DNA of 40,375 nt, taken from a virus (Duplodnaviria; Caudoviricetes). The stretch spans positions 1 through 40,375 of the IMG/VR virus record IMGVR_UViG_3300033076_001546; one strand, 5' to 3'. The first letter of the stretch is position 1; every line of letters starts with the position of its first letter. The notes below the pieces were generated by a model. That model worked only from the letters and a program-made list of their open reading frames with translations, was not told where the DNA came from and searched no databases. The position numbers were made by a program, and so were the translations under genes. Below, piece by piece: positions 1-8,131 of the stretch.

Positions 1-192
1 GACTTCATCGTCTTCATAATCAAATTCTCCTTTAGGTGAAGATATCGCATCACCTAAATCAAAACCTCGTATACCGTTTGTTTTGACGCCACCAACAGGA
101 TGAGTACCTGAGCCACGAAGATCAGAATGAGGTCTTAAAAAACCACCTAAACCACTTACACTAGGACCGTCTTCTTTGATTAGATATTTCAT
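1..192 (-). CDS. Hypothetical protein, N-terminal 64 aa only (runs off the left edge); possible internal head protein
   Basis: Manual translation from ATG at 192 gives MKYLIKEDGPSVSGLGGFLRPHSDLRGSG...DYEDDEV, open to base 1. It starts 9 nt after the stop of the 227-aa ORF and has an N-terminal LIKE motif. Not in the supplied ORF track. Confidence 0.7.
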   Translation of the reverse strand, partial: MKYLIKEDGPSVSGLGGFLRPHSDLRGSGTHPVGGVKTNGIRGFDLGDAISSPKGEFDYEDDEV

Positions 193-201
193 TTTGAAAC
201 C

Positions 202-885
202 TTAGATTGTTGATTTACCTAATATTCTTTTCTTTTGATAATCTTGCACGTTATCAGATGATGTTTTATCATATACATTGCTAAAGTATTTACCAATCGA
301 TTCACGAGATGCATTAATTTCATTTGCGACAGGATTATATATGCCATATACACCATCAGTTTTAGGATCAATTGGAGGCAGAATACCATCTTCTTGTGCC
401 GCAACCCAATCGTTTTCTGGATTAAAAATTTGCGAAGGAATTCCATTTTCTGGTTGAACTTGCAAATTAGGATGACCCCTATAAGGATGATCCTTGAGTT
501 CTTTATTATCTGCAAGTTCTTTAGTTAAAGGTTGGTGCAATTTCTTTTTGTCCCATTCATTAGTAGGAGCATTTTTATGATTATAATCAAAATCTACCAA
601 AACAGGAAAATCAGGATTATAATTGCCATTTGAAGAATTAAAACTACCAGTTCCACTTAAAAAACTTTGATACGTATCAATTATTTTTTCGTCTGTTAGG
701 TCGCTAAGATCTGTTGCTGTATATAAAGATCTATTATAGTCATGCATTCTGCCTAAATAAGAATCTACAAGTTTACCATTATTTTTCTCTGTAATTATTC
801 CTCGGAATTTATCATTCATGATAGTTTCTTCATAAATTTGATATCTTCTTTTTGATGATGGTGGTGGTGGTGTAGTTGTTGCCAT
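202..885 (-). CDS. Hypothetical protein (227 aa), Pro/Asn/Asp-rich, head-module associated
   Basis: Long ORF collinear with its neighbours, starting MATTTPPPPSS. No recognisable domain. Confidence 0.75.
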   Translation of the reverse strand: MATTTPPPPSSKRRYQIYEETIMNDKFRGIITEKNNGKLVDSYLGRMHDYNRSLYTATDLSDLTDEKIIDTYQSFLSGTGSFNSSNGNYNPDFPVLVDFDYNHKNAPTNEWDKKKLHQPLTKELADNKELKDHPYRGHPNLQVQPENGIPSQIFNPENDWVAAQEDGILPPIDPKTDGVYGIYNPVANEINASRESIGKYFSNVYDKTSSDNVQDYQKKRILGKSTI

Positions 886-896
886 TTTAGAAAATC

Positions 897-962
897 ACTT
901 TCTCAATTTAAAATTGAAATTTTTATAAAATAATTATAGTAAATGAAATTGATTGAGAAAGT
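897..962. repeat. Perfect 11-bp inverted repeat (ACTTTCTCAAT 897-907 / ATTGAGAAAGT 952-962) with a 44-nt spacer
   Basis: Read directly from the sequence. On the minus-strand mRNA the 3' arm covers the purine-rich GAGAAAG tract upstream of ATG 885. Confidence 0.8.
931..938 (-). promoter_or_regulatory. Putative promoter element (TATAATTA)
   Basis: TATAAT-containing motif about 45 nt upstream of ATG 885, inside the loop of the inverted repeat. Similar motifs recur in other spacers. The AT-rich background weakens significance. Confidence 0.35.
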
Positions 963-976
963 TTTGTATAAATAAA

Positions 977-1246
977 TTACTTGAGTTCACTCAAAAGTCT
1001 TCTACGTAATTCAAGACGTGCTTCACGTAGTTTCATGTATTGTTGCATAAGTTCATTTTCATGAAGTTTCATTGCCTTGTAGTGATCGATCTTTGCTTCC
1101 AGTGTGTCTGCAAATCCATCGACCTTAACTTCTTTTGCCTTAACCTTTGAAGGATGATTTTGCTTCATTTCAAGGGTTTCTTGTAGTTTCATTCGTTCTT
1201 CCATGATGAGTTTTTGTAAAATAGACTCGGTTAGCTTTCTTGCCAT
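977..1246 (-). CDS. Small charged helical protein (89 aa); putative internal head/scaffold-associated protein
   Basis: GGAG SD upstream of the ATG. Repeated KLxE/LxE motifs (KLTE, LIME, KLQE, KLHE, KLRE, LLSE). Lies three genes downstream of the prohead protease. Confidence 0.75.
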   Translation of the reverse strand: MARKLTESILQKLIMEERMKLQETLEMKQNHPSKVKAKEVKVDGFADTLEAKIDHYKAMKLHENELMQQYMKLREARLELRRRLLSELK

Positions 1247-1257
1247 TTTTATCTCCG

Positions 1258-1282
1258 TATAATATTGTTTTAAAATATTATA
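1258..1282. repeat. 9-bp AT-only inverted repeat (TATAATATT / AATATTATA) next to the GGAG SD of the 89-aa gene; 5' arm of the mRNA contains TATAAT
   Basis: Arms at 1258-1266 and 1274-1282, read directly. Confidence 0.5.
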
Positions 1283-1286
1283 TATT

Positions 1287-1838
1287 CTATCCCGTATGCT
1301 TTTTTGTCAAATCTTTTGATGAAAATGCCAACTTTTCCCAATTGCCTGCAGCTTCACCACCAAAAATATCAATAGGATCATTCTCAGCTGCTACCCTGGA
1401 AGCATAATCCGTAGCAACGATGTTTTGTTTTTCTGCTTGCATTTGTTCAACCAATGTTGTTTTTGCGGTATCACTGAATATTGATGCCATAAGCGGGTCA
1501 TTTGTGATTGAGTTAATTGCAGATTTAACAGGTGACGGACTTTTTGTTGATAAAGCCTTTTTCATTCCTTGCAAGTCTCTTGCTTCATTAACACCAGGTG
1601 TCACAATAGGTCTCTTTTTAGGTTGTTCTGCTCTTGCAGGAATAACTTGGTTTAAACTTTTTTGTGTGTTTAAGGATTTATTAACGTTTCTTGTCTCGTT
1701 TAAACCTGTGTAATCCGGTTGTATCACGTTTAACTCTCGAGAAGAAGCTTGTGTTAATATATTACCTAATCCTTCTTGCAAGATTTCAATAAGTGCTTCT
1801 TTTACTACTTCTTTTAATTCGTTATATGCTAATTTCAT
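1287..1838 (-). CDS. Hypothetical protein (183 aa); putative prohead core/internal protein
   Basis: N-terminal amphipathic helix ELKEVVKEALIEILQEG and further LNE/VNE/LVE motifs. The ATG overlaps the upstream TAA by one base (TAATG coupling at 1838). Confidence 0.8.
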   Translation of the reverse strand: MKLAYNELKEVVKEALIEILQEGLGNILTQASSRELNVIQPDYTGLNETRNVNKSLNTQKSLNQVIPARAEQPKKRPIVTPGVNEARDLQGMKKALSTKSPSPVKSAINSITNDPLMASIFSDTAKTTLVEQMQAEKQNIVATDYASRVAAENDPIDIFGGEAAGNWEKLAFSSKDLTKKHTG

Positions 1839-2302
1839 TAATTTTCGACTCCTGTAAATCCATTAGCCTTCGTTTGATCAGGAAAAGTATTTGAAGGAAC
1901 ATTTGTTAATCCAGCAATTACAGAAATGCTGGTACCACCTTCAGCATTAGACTCAGGATATATCCAGATTTTTTTACATTTTAATTCAAGTCTATTTGAC
2001 TTCATACCTCCATCTAGTTTATAAAAATGTTTATCACTTAAATCTTTTGCAGTTTTAAAAGCTGTTTCATTAAAATAAACGTATATGTGTTTACCTGCCG
2101 CCTCATGATTAATTATTTCAATCCAGCGAGTGACTTGATCAAAATTAATTACGCAGTTAGTCCATGTGCTACCAGTAGTAAATTCAATTGCGCTTGATTT
2201 AGGCAATGTTACTGTTTTTACAAAAGGAACTCCGCTCATTTGAAATTCAGGTACGTAATTATGATTTGGTGCAGGCCATCTATGATTATTTTCTACTGTC
2301 AT
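1838..2302 (-). CDS. Hypothetical beta-rich virion-associated protein (154 aa)
   Basis: Starts 1 nt after the protease stop. Alternating hydrophobic strand patterns (RWIEIIN, IYVYF, IWIYP, ISVIAGLT). Function unknown. Confidence 0.75.
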   Translation of the reverse strand: MTVENNHRWPAPNHNYVPEFQMSGVPFVKTVTLPKSSAIEFTTGSTWTNCVINFDQVTRWIEIINHEAAGKHIYVYFNETAFKTAKDLSDKHFYKLDGGMKSNRLELKCKKIWIYPESNAEGGTSISVIAGLTNVPSNTFPDQTKANGFTGVEN

Positions 2303-2303
2303 T

Positions 2304-2909
2304 TTATTTCCAATCTCCTATTTCATTAAAAATTCTATAAATTCTATCGCTTTTGTTAAAAAAGGAATTGATTTCATGCAATTGTCTTGCAGAAATTTCA
2401 CGACCTTCCTTCATCATAAATGCACCTGGTGTTGAAGGTTCAGATACAAAGTCCCAACAAATCAATTGAAAATCATCTTGAACAATTTGAAGATTACCTT
2501 CTGGTCTTGTTGAACCTACACCACGTGAAGAAATACCTAGAGTTACACCACTTTCGACCAAAGATTGCAAAATCTTGCCTGATGGTGTGTTTAAAATTTC
2601 AACTGTGCCATAACATACATTTCCTTCCATGTGAGCTTCACGAATGATATGTGATGCATTTTTTAATTCTACAACAGAACTGTCAGGGTGATCTAATTCA
2701 CCTAATGCACGATTTTCTTTAATAAACTTTTGATAGTTTCTAACTTCACGTTCCAATATTACCTTAGGATAAACACGACCATTTTGATTAAGAGTATCTG
2801 CTTTTTGCAAAATACCTTTCATGATCATTGGTCCACCTGCAGCTTTAGCTTCTTGAATGATTTTTTTATCGTATTCAAAAGCTAACCATTCATTTAGTAT
2901 TTTGCTCAT
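2304..2909 (-). CDS. gp21: Prohead (capsid maturation) protease, T4 gp21 / peptidase S77 family (201 aa)
   Basis: Motifs NQNGRVYP, ALGELDHP, LGISSRGVGS and DFVSEPSTPGA. Start corrected from 2990 to ATG 2909, which has an AGGAG SD and an ATGA overlap with the upstream stop. Confidence 0.93.
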   Translation of the reverse strand: MSKILNEWLAFEYDKKIIQEAKAAGGPMIMKGILQKADTLNQNGRVYPKVILEREVRNYQKFIKENRALGELDHPDSSVVELKNASHIIREAHMEGNVCYGTVEILNTPSGKILQSLVESGVTLGISSRGVGSTRPEGNLQIVQDDFQLICWDFVSEPSTPGAFMMKEGREISARQLHEINSFFNKSDRIYRIFNEIGDWK

Positions 2910-3760
2910 CTCTTTTCTCCTTTTAATTCTTCGTTTAATTTGCAAAGAGTTAAAAATCTCTTCATGTTTTCTTCTGAAACATCTGAGCAATCAACTTCTT
3001 TGACCTTATTTTCAATAATATTATACTTTTCAAGAATAATTGAGTTATCGCATGATCTCCTGTAATCATTTAGAGACTTAACTGATTTCTCTTTTATCTC
3101 TTCAAACAACTGCTTCACTTCAATTTTGCTCTTTGTGTTGTCTTCGACAAAAAGTTTAATGATTTTCTTCTGATCTTCATTTAAAACACTATCATATTTC
3201 TTATTGAATTTTTCATTCATTAATCTAAATGTTAATTCATCTACATGACCACCTAAATGAGACTCCTTAATGATTTCAGGTTCTCTTGTTGTCATCCATT
3301 CATGAAGTTGTCTTTCATATTCGGTACAAATTTCAAAATCAGAGTCTCTTCCTTTTCTCCATTCATTAAGAAGAGTTTGAACAGTCGCAAGTATTCTGTA
3401 GTTATTGACTTTACTTTCGAAAAGATTTCCTTTACCAAATGAATAATTTAATTCTTTAATCAAACCAGACTTTTCTCTTTCGAGATTGTCACTTGAAAAA
3501 TGATATTGACATGCTTTTTTAGCTTCATTGATAATATTTGTTGCTAAATTTGAGTCGATGCCTCGAGTCTTGATTAAAGCATTAAAAAATTTAAGTTCCC
3601 TAAACAATTGTGAATTCTTTTGAAAATGTTCTTTAATGATCTTGTTGATAGACTGAACATCTTTTTCATTGTTTTCGATCACGCATTTACACATATGACC
3701 TATCAATTGTTCATAAATGATGCCGACATTTCTTTTTTTATTGTGGCTTCTATTTTTCAT
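2906..3760 (-). CDS. Hypothetical alpha-helical protein (284 aa) between portal and protease; candidate prohead core protein
   Basis: Tightly coupled to both neighbours (2-nt gap after the portal stop; ATGA overlap with the protease). Basic N-terminus HNKKRN, helical and charged body. Occupies the position of T4 genes 67/68. Confidence 0.8.
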   Translation of the reverse strand: MKNRSHNKKRNVGIIYEQLIGHMCKCVIENNEKDVQSINKIIKEHFQKNSQLFRELKFFNALIKTRGIDSNLATNIINEAKKACQYHFSSDNLEREKSGLIKELNYSFGKGNLFESKVNNYRILATVQTLLNEWRKGRDSDFEICTEYERQLHEWMTTREPEIIKESHLGGHVDELTFRLMNEKFNKKYDSVLNEDQKKIIKLFVEDNTKSKIEVKQLFEEIKEKSVKSLNDYRRSCDNSIILEKYNIIENKVKEVDCSDVSEENMKRFLTLCKLNEELKGEKR

Positions 3761-3762
3761 TC

Positions 3763-5775
3763 TTATTCCTCGTCATCTTGATCAATATATATCACTTCTA
3801 CGTCTTGATTTTCTTTCAAAACTGATTTTTGATTGCTAAACTTTGGTATACCTAAATGCCTGTCTAAATTGTCAAATATTTTTTTCATTTGATAATCATT
3901 GTAACCTTTTGCATCACCTTGATTTAATAGATCTTTTGCTGTAGGAGGCTTTATTTTTATGCCTCCTAGCATTCCTCTTTCTCCACCTAAAAGACTGGCT
4001 TTACTATCATCATAATTGTTTCCAAATTGATTATATGTTTTTTTAGGTTTTACCTTATTTGAAGGTTTTATTCTATTACTTTTCTTTTTTTCTGCTTCTT
4101 CAAATTCTTCTTCATTATAAAGTAATCTGTCTTCATCTTCTTCGTCATCTTCACCTAATAGATTACCTAATTTCATATCACCGGCAAATAGATCTTCCAT
4201 TCCTCCTCCACCTCCTTCTTCGTCTCCTGGAGGTGCTTCACCACCACCACCGAATAAATCACCTAATCCGCCACCACCGCCACCACCTGGAGGAGGTGGG
4301 CCACCGCCACCAAACATGTCTCCACCACCAGGAGCACCGCCAGGACCGCCACCTTGAGTTTGATCTTCAATTGTGATTGACTCAATCTTCATGTCTGCAA
4401 TCTTGTCTCTGATCTTGCCTTTTTCAATTCTCTTAATTTCATCATCATTAAATTCCATAATATTTTTGCGTATCCACTCTTTGTCAACTAAACCTTCAGG
4501 GACAGCACCGGCAATTTCAAACTTTGTTCTAATTAGTTCAAGTTTTTGTTGTTGAGCAATGCTGCTTGGATTTGAAAGCTTAAGTTCAAAATCTAAAAGG
4601 TCTTCACCTGTATAGCCATGTGAATACAAATGTATCATTGCAATCTTGTTAAGTTCAGAAACAATTGTCTTTTGAATTCTTTGAATTGTTCTACTAAATC
4701 TAATGTCTTCTTGCGCTAAAGTAGCTTTTGCACCAATTTCTTCATCATAACCAAGATATGCCTTAGGAACCTTAAGGGCAGAAAAAAGTTTCTTTTGAAT
4801 GTATTCAACGTCTTCAATAGCAGAAGTGTTTTGACCACCAGCCAATGTATCAATTTTTGTGCCTGTATCACCGCCTCGAACAGGCAAGAAATAATCTTCA
4901 TCGACTGATAATGGATTATATCTTAAATCTACCTTGCCTGTAGTTTTATCTACGACTGCATTTCTCTTAAGAGCTGTTTGTGCTTGTTGTAAATAATCAC
5001 CAACATTTTCCGGAGGAATATTACCAACATCAATATAGAACACACGACGTTCAGGGGCACGAATAACACGATATACTAACATTGCAGCTTCAATTAGAAT
5101 TAATTGGCGCCAGATACGACGAGCCCCTTCTAAGACAGAAGAACCATAAGGCAAGAATGCGTCATTTCCTAACAGGCGGAAGTGTGTAATTTGCCAATTT
5201 TCTAAAATTCTATTTCCTTGAGTAATCCATCTAAATCTTACAGAGCCTGGATCTGTTGGATCAAATCCTTCTTCACGTTCGATTTCCGCAATAGGAATAG
5301 GAAATACATTAATTACGCCATAATCAGGTGAAACGTCATTAAAAAGAAAAAAATCACCGTATTTACATAAATTACGAACCCACATGACCAAATTGAATTC
5401 AACGTTTAATACATCGTAGAATAAATTGTCAAGCAACTGCTTAACTTTTCTGTTTTCAGAGTAAATATGAACAACATTTCCATCAACGTCAGGTGAAACA
5501 GTTTCTTCTGCATAAATGTCAAGTGCACTACAGATTTCAGGAGTTGAGTCCATTTCACTAAAATCTGAATATCTTGCCATGCGATCATATGAACCATATG
5601 CAGAAATTGTTGAATTATAAACATCACTATGGGCTTTTCTAAATATGTCTAAACTTGAGGGACTACCAGGAGCCTTATTTTGGAAAGCTTTTACTTTTCT
5701 TCTAACTGTTGGACCTGATCTAAATAAATCCGTCAGTTTTTTAAATAAGCTTTCATTTTCTCTATCTTTGGCCAT
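3763..5775 (-). CDS. gp20: Portal vertex protein, T4 gp20 family, with a long low-complexity C-terminal extension (670 aa)
   Basis: Motifs YRVIRAPERRVFYIDVGN, EDYFLPVRGGDTGTKIDTLAGGQN, LFSALKVPKAYL and EDIRFSRTIQRIQ. Directly downstream of the large terminase. Confidence 0.95.
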   Translation of the reverse strand: MAKDRENESLFKKLTDLFRSGPTVRRKVKAFQNKAPGSPSSLDIFRKAHSDVYNSTISAYGSYDRMARYSDFSEMDSTPEICSALDIYAEETVSPDVDGNVVHIYSENRKVKQLLDNLFYDVLNVEFNLVMWVRNLCKYGDFFLFNDVSPDYGVINVFPIPIAEIEREEGFDPTDPGSVRFRWITQGNRILENWQITHFRLLGNDAFLPYGSSVLEGARRIWRQLILIEAAMLVYRVIRAPERRVFYIDVGNIPPENVGDYLQQAQTALKRNAVVDKTTGKVDLRYNPLSVDEDYFLPVRGGDTGTKIDTLAGGQNTSAIEDVEYIQKKLFSALKVPKAYLGYDEEIGAKATLAQEDIRFSRTIQRIQKTIVSELNKIAMIHLYSHGYTGEDLLDFELKLSNPSSIAQQQKLELIRTKFEIAGAVPEGLVDKEWIRKNIMEFNDDEIKRIEKGKIRDKIADMKIESITIEDQTQGGGPGGAPGGGDMFGGGGPPPPGGGGGGGLGDLFGGGGEAPPGDEEGGGGGMEDLFAGDMKLGNLLGEDDEEDEDRLLYNEEEFEEAEKKKSNRIKPSNKVKPKKTYNQFGNNYDDSKASLLGGERGMLGGIKIKPPTAKDLLNQGDAKGYNDYQMKKIFDNLDRHLGIPKFSNQKSVLKENQDVEVIYIDQDDEE
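4174..4353 (-). repeat. Gly/Pro low-complexity coding tract in the portal tail with three D[LM]F[GA]G motifs
   Basis: Encodes GGGPGGAPGGGDMFGGGGPPPPGGGGGGGLGDLFGGGGEAPPGDEEGGGGGMEDLFAGDM. CCA/CCG/CCT runs on the plus strand make it the most GC-rich stretch by eye. Confidence 0.85.
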
Positions 5776-5803
5776 TTAAATATAACACTCTTTTACTTTT
5801 GAA

Positions 5804-5815
5804 TTAAATTATATG
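5804..5815 (-). promoter_or_regulatory. Putative promoter element CATATAATTTAA upstream of the portal gene
   Basis: The identical 12-mer occurs at 25984-25995 upstream of the 2057-aa gene. Contains TATAAT. Confidence 0.4.
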
Positions 5816-5841
5816 AAATACTATATATTTTAAAATTTAAT

Positions 5842-7473
5842 TTATCTAATGACCCAAGAAAAATCACCTATAGCTTTATTTCTATTGTTTTGACCAGTGT
5901 CTATAATACTATCATTTGTCATAATAGGTAGAAAAGGATTAAATTGCTGTGTAAATTTTTGATTTCCTCCATACCAAGGACTTATAACTGTCTCATCTTG
6001 TTTTGTAGAATTAACTTTCATGCCTTTAATCATTTCATTTGCCAAAGTAACATCCGCAGAAGAAATATTTCCACCAAACTTTTCTGTAACCCATAAACCA
6101 ATTGCAAAAGACATAATTGTGTCATCATGATGTCCTTTCATTGCAGTAGGTTTATTACCTGCCCATACGAAAGTTTTAAGTTCTTCATAAAATCTAACAG
6201 AGTTTATTTCAATTCTTTGGTTTCTTACTGCTTCTTCCATATTTGAAAGTATTTTTGCTCTACTGTCTTTTTGTGTGTTAAATCCACCTTTTGCAATAAT
6301 TGAATTTTTATCAAGAGAATATGTGAATTCATATTTGAGTCTTTCATCATCAAAATGTATATTAAAATATTTTAAATCACAAAGACGAGTTAGAACCATA
6401 TAACCGTATGTGTTATTCTCGGGACAAATTACTGCTTTATTGTATCTACGGCCCCAGTCATAAAGCAATTGAGCCATATTGTCAGGCGCAAGTTTTCCTT
6501 TAAACTCAACATCGACTGTTCTTGTATCTGTGTTGAAAATATGAAAAACACTATTGTCACCAGAGTCACCTCTTGCAATATCCGCAGAAATAATATACCT
6601 ATGCCCTTCTCTAGGGTATCGCCAAACCCAAACATCTTGATTAGGACCTGTCTTTTCAATTGGTGATCTAATCATCATTTTTACATATTCGATTTGTTCA
6701 TTAGCAAGAAAGGTTTCACCTGACGCAGAAAAATCGCACAATAATTCTTGAGCAATTTGTTTATCCGACATGTTTTTAGTTTCTTTTTCAAACCAAACTT
6801 GATCTCTTTCAGGATGAACCTGCCATGGAAGTTTTATTGCATTAAACTCATTTGTTTTTTGTTCTGCTCCCATCCATAAATCATAATATTGACCACCTAC
6901 ACCATTAGGAGTAGAAAGAATAATAGCACGACCACCAGTAGACAATGTAGGATAAAGACCAGTCCATATTTCATCAAAGTTTCTAATAAAAGCTGCTTCA
7001 TCAATAATCAAAAGAGACAAAGCTTCAGAACGACCTGCATCTTCCGAGGTAGGAATTGCCTTAATCGAAGAACCATTTTCAAAAACGACCTGTTGTTTAT
7101 TATTTGCAGATATTTTTGAAAGAACCAACCAAGGAGGAAGATTTGCGATTGCAACTTTGACTTTCTTCACAAAGTTTTGAGCAACTGCCATTTTTGTAGC
7201 AATGACCAAAATATTTTTTTGTTTATAGAAAAGAGCTAACCAAATTGAATATGCAGCGGTAATTGTAGATATACCTAATTGACGACTTTTAAGAATAATA
7301 TTAAATCTGTGATCATTAAAATCCTTAATGCAATCATCTTGAAAAGGATATGTATCGAAAGGTAATAGGCCCTTTGTAGGGTGCTCAATCTTCAGATATT
7401 TGTTAATAAAATAAACAGGGTCTTTTCCACACTTTAGTATTTCATTGACCTGATTTTGTCTTGTTGATGACAT
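5842..7473 (-). CDS. terL: Terminase large subunit, T4 gp17-like (543 aa)
   Basis: Adenine-binding YPFQ, Walker A ILKSRQLGIST, Walker B LLIIDEAAF, motif C STPNG, and nuclease acidic motifs SADIARG and HDDTIMS. Adjacent to the portal gene. Confidence 0.95.
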   Translation of the reverse strand: MSSTRQNQVNEILKCGKDPVYFINKYLKIEHPTKGLLPFDTYPFQDDCIKDFNDHRFNIILKSRQLGISTITAAYSIWLALFYKQKNILVIATKMAVAQNFVKKVKVAIANLPPWLVLSKISANNKQQVVFENGSSIKAIPTSEDAGRSEALSLLIIDEAAFIRNFDEIWTGLYPTLSTGGRAIILSTPNGVGGQYYDLWMGAEQKTNEFNAIKLPWQVHPERDQVWFEKETKNMSDKQIAQELLCDFSASGETFLANEQIEYVKMMIRSPIEKTGPNQDVWVWRYPREGHRYIISADIARGDSGDNSVFHIFNTDTRTVDVEFKGKLAPDNMAQLLYDWGRRYNKAVICPENNTYGYMVLTRLCDLKYFNIHFDDERLKYEFTYSLDKNSIIAKGGFNTQKDSRAKILSNMEEAVRNQRIEINSVRFYEELKTFVWAGNKPTAMKGHHDDTIMSFAIGLWVTEKFGGNISSADVTLANEMIKGMKVNSTKQDETVISPWYGGNQKFTQQFNPFLPIMTNDSIIDTGQNNRNKAIGDFSWVIR

Positions 7474-7478
7474 TTAAA

Positions 7479-7850
7479 TTAGTCCGTGATTTGAAATTGT
7501 ATATTCTGAACGTATTTAATAATTCTTCTTTGTGAATAAGGATTTGTAGTAATTGTTTCAAAAAGATCATTTTCGCCAACTTTTGTCATTTTTAAACTTT
7601 TACCTGTTGCTTCTTTAAAACCTGACTTGATTATCTTTACTCTGTCTCCAATTAACTTTGTTCCTTCTTCTCTACACATTGGGGTTTGAGCATGAAGACC
7701 TTGTTCTTTTGAAAAATTGATAATGCTTTGATAACTAATTGTTAAAATATCACCCATTAATTTCGCTGTTACTTTTCTTGTCCCGTCACTTGTATTATGA
7801 AATACGTTGTCAATTAATGATCCAAATGCATTTGAAGTTTGAATATTCAT
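7479..7850 (-). CDS. Hypothetical alpha/beta protein (123 aa) immediately upstream of terL
   Basis: AAGGA SD; stop lies 5 nt before the terL ATG. No recognised domain. Confidence 0.75.
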   Translation of the reverse strand: MNIQTSNAFGSLIDNVFHNTSDGTRKVTAKLMGDILTISYQSIINFSKEQGLHAQTPMCREEGTKLIGDRVKIIKSGFKEATGKSLKMTKVGENDLFETITTNPYSQRRIIKYVQNIQFQITD

Positions 7851-7891
7851 TTATAATTCCTTCATTGTGTCTAATTATAAATTTATAATTA
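7849..7891. repeat. Overlapping inverted repeats: 10-bp arms at 7849-7858 / 7873-7882 (including the AU of the AUG) and a 20-bp perfect palindrome TAATTATAAATTTATAATTA at 7872-7891
   Basis: Read directly. The two pairings are mutually exclusive. Confidence 0.65.
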
Positions 7892-7900
7892 TCAAACTTT

Positions 7901-8131
7901 TTAATTAAAATTTAATTTATAGTAATTATCCTGTGCACAATCCGAACACATCTTGTGCTTTTTATATGTTTCTATATCTTCGATGTTTCTAAACAAACTG
8001 GAGCATTCTGGACAATCTATAGGGATACTTTCATCACCTATGTTTCTAATAAATCTAATATCATTAGTTTCATATTCTTCAATGTTTTTATCAATTGCAT
8101 GCCAATTTTCTTTTTTATTCAAATCTAACAT
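7901..8131 (-). CDS. Small zinc-finger protein (76 aa; CxxC...HxxCxxC)
   Basis: CPECSSLFRNIEDIETYKKHKMCSDC. Start revised to ATG 8131 (AAGGA SD), overlapping the 3' end of the Mre11-Rad50 gene by 17 nt. Confidence 0.75.
   Translation of the reverse strand: MLDLNKKENWHAIDKNIEEYETNDIRFIRNIGDESIPIDCPECSSLFRNIEDIETYKKHKMCSDCAQDNYYKLNFN

Noticed and set aside
2910-2990. Extended N-terminus of the protease (MLRCFRRK...) in the ORF track
   Set aside because: It overlaps the upstream gene. ATG 2909 has an SD and ATGA coupling and gives a typical protease length.
4174-4353. GC-rich CCA/CCG repeats as a foreign insertion, CRISPR or RNA gene
   Set aside because: Explained by in-frame Gly/Pro codons of the portal tail; no repeat-spacer periodicity or tRNA-like structure.
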